A stretch of 20,000 bases of DNA, taken from an uncultured virus (IMG/VR IMGVR_UViG_3300014050_000018) (lineage: Duplodnaviria > Heunggongvirae > Uroviricota > Caudoviricetes). Shown piece by piece: positions 5,690 to 15,066 of the stretch (within the stretch, counting starts at the first letter, position 1; every line of letters starts with the position of its first letter). Under the pieces are notes generated by a model. The model saw only the letters and a list, made by a program, of their open reading frames with translations, had not been told where the DNA came from and searched no databases. The position numbers and the translations under genes are program-made. The stretch lies in IMG/VR virus record IMGVR_UViG_3300014050_000018, positions 56,923-76,922 of that record. The stretch is one strand, 5' to 3'.

Positions 5690-8600
5690 ATGCCCAAGTC
5701 AAAAAGCGGCGGAAGACTGAGAACCTCCAGAACCCAACCGATTCCTTTCTCCCAGAGAGACAGCGCCGGGACCGAAGTCAAGTACTTTGGTCTCAAGCGC
5801 GACGAAGCTCTCAGCGACCTAGAGTCTAATGACAAGGCACTGGCCGAGGTTCTAAGGGACATCCAGGATCCGGCCGAGGCCGCCACTCTTGGGCAGTTCG
5901 GTCCGTCCGACCTGCAGATCCTCGACGGTGTTGTTAGATTCGACCTGAAGAAAGAGGACTTCGAGATCCTAGAGGGCTCCTCCATCAACGCCGAAGACAG
6001 CCAGGGAGTATCAGCGCCCCTCGTCAATCCGCGTCAGCGTATCGCGGATCGCATCGCGCAATCCGAAAGATTCGCCGGGCGCGGAACAAACTACCAGGGC
6101 CAGGGCACCGTCCTCTACAAGTACTACGTTCCGGAAACCCAACCAGTCGGCTCCTCGAATAAGTACTCGCATACCAACTTACCTCCGTTCTTCACCGAGG
6201 CGATCACCTCCACCGTGGAGAACTCCGCGGACTTCGTCCCCACTACCTCAACGCAGATCTCCAACACCCACCGTATAGGCTACATCGAGAACGGCGTGTT
6301 CGTACCCGAGTCCGAAGTCGAGTACTGGTGGAGCGGTGAGTACGACCACTACATGAACGACGTCTCCGAGTACGGAGGACAGACTCAGTCGGCTCTAACT
6401 AACCCCAAGTTCCCTATTGTTCGGGACGGGAACATGAGATTCGATCAGCTCGCGCCTCGCGGGATCAACACTCGGTATAACTGGGGACTAAGATTTGACG
6501 CCTGGTTCAGGAGGGGGGACTTTACGCCAGGCTCTACAATGATGAGGTGGGCGGCGCAGGTAAACGGGCACCTTCGCATTGACTACTTTGAAAAGACAGG
6601 ATATAACTCGACAACGGGCGCCATTGAGGGAGTCTGGAGAACCGCGCTTAACACCGCGGATGCCGCAACCCACTACACCCAATTATCCAAAGAAAGCGCC
6701 TCACCCAACGCTTTGGGCGGCCGCCTGTACTACGTTCAGGGTGGGCCTACGACCCCGCTGGGCACCGGTACAGGAACCCTGGCTTCCCAGCGTTCGTTAG
6801 CCAATGGCGGGGCCTTAGATCTCGCCGACACCTACCTCGATAGGGAGGGGAATACCATCAACACCTTTAATGGGGACTACGTTCCCGTAGTGATCCGTTT
6901 CTGGTATGGCCAGCCCTCTACTGACCCCACGCAGACAAATATCGCAACAAAGCAGCCTTTGGGCCCCGCAGCATTCTTCATCCAGATGCTGGATACCAAT
7001 CTATCTACAGCGGATCTGGCCAAGTGGAACGACTACTCCTCCCAGCTCAAGCTAACGTGGAGTTCGGCGCAGAGCGCTTGGTCCGTTGATACCTCGGCGG
7101 GCGGTAGCGCCGCTGGAGAGGCGAATTTTGCGAACTACAATCAGAACTTCGAGGTTGTCGCATACACTCCGATCGGTTCAGCAAAACCGTCAGCTTTGAC
7201 TGGGTACACCGTTCCGGCAACTGTGATCATCGGCGCTAAGGGCACCCCGGTGAGCGGAGTCACGTACACGACCTTTAGCATCTCCGGCCTCAACCCCACC
7301 AACGGTCAGACTATTTGGGTCGTTGCGAGAAACAGGCCATTTAACGTGGTCCCGGGTTCATCCACGACTCGCTACGTCACCTCGATGTGGCAGAAGTACC
7401 TATTCAACCCGTCGCCTACGGACCGGTACCGGAACGTGTACGACCTACTCGAGAACGTGGGAAGCAACTACGCGGAGCCAAATCCGGCGAAGATTCCGTT
7501 CGAGGAGAACCTGGATCTGTACAAGGCTACGTACGGAAGCCTTCCTACCCTAAATACGTACACGTCGTCGCGGTACGATGGTATGGTTCCTAACTCTCTC
7601 ACCACATCCAACACTCAGAGAGACTACGACTATAACCATTCCAAGCTCCTGATGATCGGACGGCAGAAGAAGGGAACGGTGTCGGAGATTGGCACCACCG
7701 CCCCTTACTCCGGTAAGAATCTGGTGGCTGGTGAGGTTCGTAAGAAGGGACAGAATTATACCTTCATCGAGGTGGTGGAGAACGCTGCGGGATTCGGTGG
7801 GAACGTAACAATTAACGCGTATCCATCCAACGACCTGGGTGTCATAGACACGGCGTCATTGACGACTTACGGGAAAATGCTTCACATGATGGATAATAAG
7901 AAAACTTTTTCTTCGTCCACAAGGCAGAATATCTCCTCGGTGCAGCTTAACAAGCTTCCCTCCGACGCCAACTTTGCGTCCACCTCGCGCGTACTCTACG
8001 AGGAGGTTGACGGAGTGGGACGTCTGAGCACCGGAACTTGGAACGGTTCCGCTTTCACCTACGACAGCACCGGCATTATCGCCCAACTGGTGATGGGGGC
8101 AACGACAAGGAACCACGCGTCCAAATCCATGTTCCTCGTGGCCTTTACTAAAGGCTCCACGGACTACAGCTTCTACGGACTGATCGGAGCTCAGCGTACC
8201 TCATTCCAGGGCGTGACTCTAACGGTGAACTCCGGCGGAACTACAATCACATCCGCCTCGGGTGTGTTTGTTCCGGACTCATCAAATTCCAACAACAACC
8301 AGTACATAGGTTCGGAGATCTACTTCCCCGGTGATGCTACAGTGCGAAGGGTGACTTCGTACAACGCTTCCACCGGCGTGGTTACTTTCTCCCCGTCGAA
8401 AACGGCAGGGCAGTATACCGGGTGTGATGTCTGGTACAATCACTTCCAGCTCGGAGGCGTACTACCTTCGAACATTGTTAACTCCTCCGGTGGTAAGGTA
8501 TCCAGGACTAGCGTTATTCCCACTCCGAGCGGGGGAAATATATCCGACCGACTTGTTCAGATTCGCTACGTTTTTAACTCAGCGTACCAGTTCCTCAGAG

Positions 8601-9229
8601 CAGACAGCGGCGCCGGGCTTAGCTTCGGCGAGACGCTGTACGTAAAAGCTTCCACATCCCCGACTCAGGCCCAGCCATTCACATCCGATACAGAGCTTCC
8701 CGCTCCACCGGCCGATATCGTTGTTCCGTTCGGCTACGATAATACGACAGGGGCGTCCGACCCGGGCCTCGGCGGCCTATGCTATCCTCCCTACTCGATA
8801 CAGAACATCGAGCTTCAGGGCCTTGCTAGAACCGACTCATCGCTGTACGCGGCTACGGAGGGAAACTTCGACGTGTGGTGGGGCGGGAGAATCGGTAATC
8901 CCTCCGACTTGGCCCAGAGGTACCTGTACGTAACTGACAAGTTGATGTTCGACTTCTCGGCGTCGGAGAGAACGAATCTTCTGACATCTCTGACAACCGC
9001 TCAAAAGCCCGTGTTTACAGGTTCGGAGTACACCCATAAGCTGGAGGTGGAACTTAATGTTGGCCTGCCTACAAACTCCTCAACGGCAGTAAATGCGAAT
9101 ATCTACAACGACGCTCGCCTGCACTCCAATAACAAACCCGTCAAGGACAAGTACTACCTATTTATCAAAAGGCAAAGTGGGGGCAATCAGCTGAGTGTTC
9201 TCTCAGCCAACAACCCCTCCTGGACTTAA
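5690..9229 (+). CDS. Large virion fibre/appendage-type protein with a PA14-like domain (1179 aa)
   Basis: Long S/T/G/N-rich beta-type ORF. YNWGLRFDAWF...VNGHLRIDYF...DYVPVVIRFWYG (about 6476-6910) follows the PA14/GLEYA pattern. Its N-terminal motif is shared with the 790-aa and 1148-aa proteins. Confidence 0.7.
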   Translation: MPKSKSGGRLRTSRTQPIPFSQRDSAGTEVKYFGLKRDEALSDLESNDKALAEVLRDIQDPAEAATLGQFGPSDLQILDGVVRFDLKKEDFEILEGSSINAEDSQGVSAPLVNPRQRIADRIAQSERFAGRGTNYQGQGTVLYKYYVPETQPVGSSNKYSHTNLPPFFTEAITSTVENSADFVPTTSTQISNTHRIGYIENGVFVPESEVEYWWSGEYDHYMNDVSEYGGQTQSALTNPKFPIVRDGNMRFDQLAPRGINTRYNWGLRFDAWFRRGDFTPGSTMMRWAAQVNGHLRIDYFEKTGYNSTTGAIEGVWRTALNTADAATHYTQLSKESASPNALGGRLYYVQGGPTTPLGTGTGTLASQRSLANGGALDLADTYLDREGNTINTFNGDYVPVVIRFWYGQPSTDPTQTNIATKQPLGPAAFFIQMLDTNLSTADLAKWNDYSSQLKLTWSSAQSAWSVDTSAGGSAAGEANFANYNQNFEVVAYTPIGSAKPSALTGYTVPATVIIGAKGTPVSGVTYTTFSISGLNPTNGQTIWVVARNRPFNVVPGSSTTRYVTSMWQKYLFNPSPTDRYRNVYDLLENVGSNYAEPNPAKIPFEENLDLYKATYGSLPTLNTYTSSRYDGMVPNSLTTSNTQRDYDYNHSKLLMIGRQKKGTVSEIGTTAPYSGKNLVAGEVRKKGQNYTFIEVVENAAGFGGNVTINAYPSNDLGVIDTASLTTYGKMLHMMDNKKTFSSSTRQNISSVQLNKLPSDANFASTSRVLYEEVDGVGRLSTGTWNGSAFTYDSTGIIAQLVMGATTRNHASKSMFLVAFTKGSTDYSFYGLIGAQRTSFQGVTLTVNSGGTTITSASGVFVPDSSNSNNNQYIGSEIYFPGDATVRRVTSYNASTGVVTFSPSKTAGQYTGCDVWYNHFQLGGVLPSNIVNSSGGKVSRTSVIPTPSGGNISDRLVQIRYVFNSAYQFLRADSGAGLSFGETLYVKASTSPTQAQPFTSDTELPAPPADIVVPFGYDNTTGASDPGLGGLCYPPYSIQNIELQGLARTDSSLYAATEGNFDVWWGGRIGNPSDLAQRYLYVTDKLMFDFSASERTNLLTSLTTAQKPVFTGSEYTHKLEVELNVGLPTNSSTAVNANIYNDARLHSNNKPVKDKYYLFIKRQSGGNQLSVLSANNPSWT

Positions 9230-11598
9230 GAGGCTAACGTGAACATCGGGGCGGCGTAGATCGTAGCGTCCACGCCGTTCTTTGTCACCGTGATGTTGCT
9301 CACCGCAGGAGCACTCTGCTTATGAAAGTAGAAGGCGCCATCTCTGCCGTTGGTATGGATTCTCTGCGCCAGCTCTGAGATCGTCGTGCTGTACGAGTAC
9401 CAGTTTGTGGTGGCCGGATTGGTTGATGTGAGGGTGCCTTCGGCTGACAGTGCGCCAAAGCTCTGACCCACAAAGCTCGCGCCGCTTCCGCTGATGGTCG
9501 GATTGGCAAATGCGCTTGCTCCGACTGAATCGACGATCTGCTGGAAAAAGGGCTTATCAACCGTTGAGAAGGCTCTGCGGTACACGCTGCCCACCTTGAT
9601 AAACAGGCCGGGTACCCGGATCTGGAAGTTGGGATCGGGAATTATCAGGTTGAGGATTCCTGTGCTAGCAGTTGTGGAACTTACCTGGATAGAGAAAGAA
9701 GAAGCGTTGATGTACGTTGCGGTGTAGGATCCTTCAGAAAATCCGGTTCCAGTCGTAACTGAGATATTCGATACTTGTACAGTATCTCCAGTCTGCACCG
9801 AATGCCCGCTAAGCGAGATGGTGGCGATGCCAGCAGTAGTAGAAGACCACGAAACGAGCGGTCCCATAACAAACTCAGAAACAGACGTTCTGAGTCTATC
9901 ACCCGTAATCGCTCCTGATCCCAGAGTGGTATCAGAGGGATCGATAACATAATCCTGGTCCCTAAGAACCACTCTCTGCCACATCACAACGTCCCGGCCA
10001 GCAAAGGAGTTATAGGTGTAGCCTAGGATGTTCTCCTCTGAAGTCGCCGGTGTCGGTCTCTTGGTGTTCTGGATGGCGAGTCTGGAGCTGAATTTCAGCT
10101 CAGAAGCGGCATTGCTTATATTGTTAATTGCTCCGGATATAGAACTACCCATGGCAAACACTTCACCGGTGTAGTTGCGCAGGTAAATGGGGGACTGAGC
10201 AAACTTAAACTGCAGAATGTTGTTCACAGTAACGCCATCGAATCTGCGAAGCTGGATTCCCTGCAGGGAAGTTAGACCGTCCGCTGGCGTATTCTTATCC
10301 AGAAAAACGTACTTCTCCTTCTCCTCGTCGTAGAGAAAGAACCCCTCGTTCGTGGCGTTCTTGACGGTGTAGGTGAAGACTTTTGTCCTGATGATTTCGG
10401 GCATGCCTTCGAAGAACACGCCCCGTTGCTTACGTACCTTAATCACCCGGCCGGTATTGCTGTCGTTAAATGTACCTTCCACCACCTCGAGTTCTTCGGG
10501 AATGACGTAGTTGTCGCCTGGGTTTGTTATGGCGATGGACTTTACAAAGTACCTGGAGCCGTTGCTGGGAGAGAACCTGGTCAGCTCGTCAAGATAGCAC
10601 ACTTCGCAATTCTGGTTGGTGTTGGCGGATGAGGCGGGAAGTACGACGTTAAAAGTATTAGCTCCGGTTGTTGTTACCGATCCGACAAATCCACTTTGCA
10701 CCGTGCCGGACTTAATCCGGATGTAAACGCTGTCGCCCATCGACAGGCCATGATTGGCCAGGGTAACCGTTATAGCCGCGCTGTTGCCCAGCTCCAATCC
10801 AAATTCCGTATTGGAGTATGTAGCGGCAACGCCGGGCAGGTAGTCAAAACTCTGCTTACCGAAGGTTACGTTGGCGCGAAGTGAGGTGCCTCCACTAGTC
10901 TTACCACGAAGCTGGACGTTGGATAACCTGACGTCGGAACTGGAGACTAGGGCGTTTCCAGACCCGGTTATAACTCCTCCGATGTTGGAGATCGTAAAAG
11001 TATTGGTGGTGATGCTAAGCACCACGTACTCACCGTACGTAGCATTAGTACCTCCTCCGGAGTTATTGAAGCGGACTCTTAGGCCCTGGCCAACAGCGAA
11101 TCCGTGGGAATTAAGTGTTACGGTGATTGTAGAACTGGCACTTGCAGTCCATGCCGCACTAAAATTCTCCAGGTTAGCGATCTGATTCTGGGAGTCGAGG
11201 AAGTAGAATCCGCCACCTCCAGATACGAGCCGTACATCGGGAACAGAACCCGATCTGGAGAAGCGCGGTTCTTCGGCGTCGGTGTCGTTTCCCACTCCGG
11301 CATTGTACTCCGTGAAGAAGATCTGGTTCTCGTCGGTGAAGGTGAAGTATCTTGTGCTGAATTTGGTACGCTTAACGACATCTCCGGTAAGAGTGCTCAG
11401 CCTCTCGGTCGTAAGCCTGAAGATCTGCGAATCTTCGTTGTTTGCTAAGCCGGAGAAGCAGATCGATTCTACGGAGGATGAGAGGGAGTAGAGTTCTATG
11501 TCATCCTCGATACCGGGAGCGTACAGCTTCTGTAAAGCCGTTTTGAGGTTGAGGTTAGATTCGGATAGATTCTTAGACCTAGTTAGACCGATTGCCAT
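9226..11598 (-). CDS. Tail fibre-like protein with three FCCH-like (H-G-x-x-x-G-D-x-V) beta repeats (790 aa)
   Basis: Starts MAIGLTRSKNLSE, with AGGAG upstream. Repeats: ITVTLNSHGFAVGQGLRV..NTFTI, ITVTLANHGLSMGDSVYI..NTFNV, ATISLSGHSVQTGDTVQV..SSFSI. Confidence 0.7.
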   Translation of the reverse strand: MAIGLTRSKNLSESNLNLKTALQKLYAPGIEDDIELYSLSSSVESICFSGLANNEDSQIFRLTTERLSTLTGDVVKRTKFSTRYFTFTDENQIFFTEYNAGVGNDTDAEEPRFSRSGSVPDVRLVSGGGGFYFLDSQNQIANLENFSAAWTASASSTITVTLNSHGFAVGQGLRVRFNNSGGGTNATYGEYVVLSITTNTFTISNIGGVITGSGNALVSSSDVRLSNVQLRGKTSGGTSLRANVTFGKQSFDYLPGVAATYSNTEFGLELGNSAAITVTLANHGLSMGDSVYIRIKSGTVQSGFVGSVTTTGANTFNVVLPASSANTNQNCEVCYLDELTRFSPSNGSRYFVKSIAITNPGDNYVIPEELEVVEGTFNDSNTGRVIKVRKQRGVFFEGMPEIIRTKVFTYTVKNATNEGFFLYDEEKEKYVFLDKNTPADGLTSLQGIQLRRFDGVTVNNILQFKFAQSPIYLRNYTGEVFAMGSSISGAINNISNAASELKFSSRLAIQNTKRPTPATSEENILGYTYNSFAGRDVVMWQRVVLRDQDYVIDPSDTTLGSGAITGDRLRTSVSEFVMGPLVSWSSTTAGIATISLSGHSVQTGDTVQVSNISVTTGTGFSEGSYTATYINASSFSIQVSSTTASTGILNLIIPDPNFQIRVPGLFIKVGSVYRRAFSTVDKPFFQQIVDSVGASAFANPTISGSGASFVGQSFGALSAEGTLTSTNPATTNWYSYSTTISELAQRIHTNGRDGAFYFHKQSAPAVSNITVTKNGVDATIYAAPMFTLAS

Positions 11599-11619
11599 TT
11601 TCTAGAGCGCTCCTGGTAA

Positions 11620-14600
11620 TTAGAATAGTTGGATGATTATGCCGGAATAAGTATTGCCGGTGCCAAGCTGGTTAAACTTAGTCTCCAGCGGATCCGGAAT
11701 CGTGACCGTTTCGCCGGCGGCGTTGACGGTTGTGGAGGACTGGTCGAAAATCTCGGCTCTTGTCCAGTTCTGGTACTCCTTGTTTGCCGAGTCGTACTTA
11801 GTGGCGTAAAGTCCTACCACAAAGCTAGGGCTTATATTCCTCGAGCGGAAGTACACCGCGATATCATGCGCATCGTTGATGATGTTTTTGATAGACTGCT
11901 TGGTGAGAGCATTGTTCTCTAGGAAGAACCTCCTCAGCCCGGGGGTAGAATTAGCGCCGGCTGACATACCAGTTATGTTCTTGAGGGTACCCGACTGGTA
12001 CGTTGTGAGAAGGTTGTTATTCAAGTAGACGTATCTCAGGTTCCTACAATTCGTGAATAGAGGTACCGATCCGGTGGCACGGACGGTCTGCAGGTAGATC
12101 TGATCGATCACGGAGTGGTTGTTGAAGAACTGGCTGATGTTCTGTCCGGCTCTGCGGAATTTGAGAGTCGCGGAACTTAGAGAGACCTCGGTGTCCAGGA
12201 AGATGAACTGGTTTCCTCTGTCGATCTGAGTCACTCTTCCGATCTCCGTCGAGCCACTGAAGACGATATCTCCGACCATGACCTGGGAATCGATCTGGAA
12301 GCCTCCGGCATTGCTCTGGTAGAGTTTTTCGGATACAGCGTTGGAGGTGTTATCGTTGTTTCTGGAAGTCCACGACACCGACGGAGTCGTCTCCTCGATG
12401 CTTCCCGAGATGAGCGGGGCGATCAGCTTCCCTCTGTCGGCGACTACCGTCCAGTTGCCTGGGTACCTTGACGAGAGAGTGCCGTCGAGGTTCACGTAGC
12501 TCAGAGTTCCGTTGCTGGACGTCGTGCTAAAGTTCGGGAGAAGTGATCCACCCACTCCGGTTCCGTTCGACGGACCGTAGATGCTGGATACCCTGCTCGT
12601 CTGAGTGGAGCCGAGGGCTGATAGGTCTCTGAAGCGGCAGTTGTGGAACCAGGTGTTGAAGTTCACGCCATTGGTGTTCTGGGCGGTGTAGATTGTTGGG
12701 AACTTGCCAACAAAGTAGGAGTCGCCAATGTAGAAGGTGGAGATCCTAGGAAGGTTTTTAAGGTCGTCCTGCTTGAACTCCAGGTTTCTATTTGAGCCGT
12801 TGAATATATTGTGCAGATAGATCGCGTTTAGATTACTGTACGAGGTGGCCGTGGCTTCCGCGGCAAAGTTGGACGGAAGGATATACTGTCTGCCGTCGGA
12901 GGTTACGTAGCCCTCCCAGTTATTCGCTCCAAACATGGCATAAGACAGGTTAGGAGCGTTTGCAATAGAGAATAGTTTTCCGTACCACCCGGCATGCCAA
13001 GCGTCAATGGCTCCAAGCTGGGGAGCCTGAAGAATATCATTAGAGGCCAGTGTGCCGGCTCCGACGGACGCATTATAGCGAACTTTATTCGATGTCTCCC
13101 AGACCCCACAATAGGTGCAGTTTACGTTACCAAGTTTATTCCAAGTCAGATTGTTTCCGGAAGCGATCCTGAGAGCGATATCTCTATTGTACACGCCAAG
13201 GTACTGGGTCTCAGCCAACCAACCGCTCCAGGCGTCAGCGGCTGTGCCAGTAGCAACAAAACTATACTTGGGAAGCCCATCGACGGTGGTTGAGGGAAGG
13301 CTAACTCCTACCTCAGCGTTCGTGGTGCAGATGCCACCAAACCACCCACCACCTCCGTCATTGTTGATGTCGAACGCCGAGAATTTAAACTGACCGATAA
13401 ACTGCTGTTTTGTTCCAGAGGAATCAGCAGAATTCCATGTCGTAGTACCGCCGAGATACCTGATGGATCCGCCAACGTTTCCCGTATGACCACCAAGAGC
13501 CACAGACATCAAAGCGCCGTTATTGCGCATTTTTGGAATCAATCCGAAGAGAGTTCGTGGAAAATTATTTCCAGAAGCGTCCAAAACAAGCGTTTTAAGG
13601 TTAGGAAACAGAGCGCTGAAGTCCGGATTAGCCAATCTCACTGTGGGGCCTAGATTCAGCTCCTCAAGCTGGGTAAAAGGCCTGAAGCCGTTGGCAATAT
13701 CTACCGTCGGAGAAGTACCTCCATTGATCGCGATATTTCTGAGATTTCTGTACAATCGGCCGAGCGCATCCTGAGCAGTAGCGTAAGTTCCGTCGTAAGC
13801 TGTGATAGGACCGGAGTTGGTCCAGCCACTGTACCCCAGGACTTGAGCAAGAGTCACAACAGGCCTTCCATCTCCACTGCTTGCTCCAGTAATCCCGGTA
13901 GGTGGTTCCTGCCAGTCAAAGTAGGAGACGATCCCATTGTTCCAGAAAGCATTGTTTCTGATATTTAGCTTTTTAAGCGTTCCGTGCAGAGTCTTAAGCC
14001 ACACTGGCAGAGTGGATAGGTTGTTATTGGATATATCCAGCTCCTGCAGCGAATTGAATCCGATCAGTCCGATATCCTTTCCGGCCTGCTCTGTTAACCC
14101 CAGGCCAGTTAAGCTGGCGCTAGTGACAACAGTCGGGTCGAGATAGATATACAGAAGACTATCCACTCCATTGCAGATGGTTCCGGAGACGTTGATACTC
14201 AGATTGACCGTGTTCACAGCTCCGGAGGACGACACAGTTGCAGTCCGCGCTGTCTGCAGATCCGACCGCCTCTTGATCTCCCACCCGTACACAAACGCCG
14301 GGGAGCTGGAGTTGGCGTTGAGTCTTGAGAAAGACAGGGAAGCGGAGCCATAAATCCTCACCGGAAGTATCAGTGGAGAGTTTTTGGTGGCATAGCATTC
14401 CAGATTGACGACTGACGGCGAGCTATTTGCCGTAGTTCTCATGTATGTGGGGATCTTGAGCGTGTCGGTAGGTGACTCGATGATAGACCCCTTCTCGATG
14501 AGCAATTTCGGAGCGAGGCGTAGCTCGTGGAGGTGCGAGCGTCTTCTGATTCTGAAGAGGCTGGGATACGACGCTGAGGTGTACTCTCCCGAAGCGTTCT

Positions 14601-15066
14601 TCGACGAGTTAAACAGACTCTCTCTTGAGGTCGGTACGGTTGTGGTTCTTACCTCGCCGTTCTCATCCAAAAAGTTATATTCGATCTTCTTAGCGGCCAG
14701 CCCACCCTGAAATACGATCGTATTATCGGAAAGGTCATTGACGGAGAAGGAATGCTTCCCGGGTTCGCCGATAGCCTTATCAGTTGTGATCTGCTGGCTC
14801 AGGGAGTAACTAACATTAGACAGAGTCCACTCGGAGATGCCTAGGGAGTGGATGACAGGACGCTCTAGGCCTCCCATCGTTCTAACGTCCTCCTTGGTAA
14901 GCCCACCTCTGGAGAGGCCGTAGATCTGATCCAGGCCGTCCGGATTGAGAAGGAGATTGGTTAGTGCTAAACGCTCGTCGGAATCGTAGATCTCGCTCAA
15001 GTCAAATCTATCGACCAGACCGATATCAGGACGATTCTGCTGAAGGAATTTGAAAAATTCTGCCAT
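11620..15066 (-). CDS. Leucine-rich-repeat protein, probably virion-associated (1148 aa)
   Basis: LRR consensus LxxLxLxxNxL in FNSLQELDISNNNLSTLP, TLKKLNIRNNAF, FTQLEELNLG, FPNLKTLVLD, CRNLRYVYLNNNLL and GLRRFFLENNAL. The start overlaps the upstream stop (TAATG). Confidence 0.8.
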   Translation of the reverse strand: MAEFFKFLQQNRPDIGLVDRFDLSEIYDSDERLALTNLLLNPDGLDQIYGLSRGGLTKEDVRTMGGLERPVIHSLGISEWTLSNVSYSLSQQITTDKAIGEPGKHSFSVNDLSDNTIVFQGGLAAKKIEYNFLDENGEVRTTTVPTSRESLFNSSKNASGEYTSASYPSLFRIRRRSHLHELRLAPKLLIEKGSIIESPTDTLKIPTYMRTTANSSPSVVNLECYATKNSPLILPVRIYGSASLSFSRLNANSSSPAFVYGWEIKRRSDLQTARTATVSSSGAVNTVNLSINVSGTICNGVDSLLYIYLDPTVVTSASLTGLGLTEQAGKDIGLIGFNSLQELDISNNNLSTLPVWLKTLHGTLKKLNIRNNAFWNNGIVSYFDWQEPPTGITGASSGDGRPVVTLAQVLGYSGWTNSGPITAYDGTYATAQDALGRLYRNLRNIAINGGTSPTVDIANGFRPFTQLEELNLGPTVRLANPDFSALFPNLKTLVLDASGNNFPRTLFGLIPKMRNNGALMSVALGGHTGNVGGSIRYLGGTTTWNSADSSGTKQQFIGQFKFSAFDINNDGGGGWFGGICTTNAEVGVSLPSTTVDGLPKYSFVATGTAADAWSGWLAETQYLGVYNRDIALRIASGNNLTWNKLGNVNCTYCGVWETSNKVRYNASVGAGTLASNDILQAPQLGAIDAWHAGWYGKLFSIANAPNLSYAMFGANNWEGYVTSDGRQYILPSNFAAEATATSYSNLNAIYLHNIFNGSNRNLEFKQDDLKNLPRISTFYIGDSYFVGKFPTIYTAQNTNGVNFNTWFHNCRFRDLSALGSTQTSRVSSIYGPSNGTGVGGSLLPNFSTTSSNGTLSYVNLDGTLSSRYPGNWTVVADRGKLIAPLISGSIEETTPSVSWTSRNNDNTSNAVSEKLYQSNAGGFQIDSQVMVGDIVFSGSTEIGRVTQIDRGNQFIFLDTEVSLSSATLKFRRAGQNISQFFNNHSVIDQIYLQTVRATGSVPLFTNCRNLRYVYLNNNLLTTYQSGTLKNITGMSAGANSTPGLRRFFLENNALTKQSIKNIINDAHDIAVYFRSRNISPSFVVGLYATKYDSANKEYQNWTRAEIFDQSSTTVNAAGETVTIPDPLETKFNQLGTGNTYSGIIIQLF

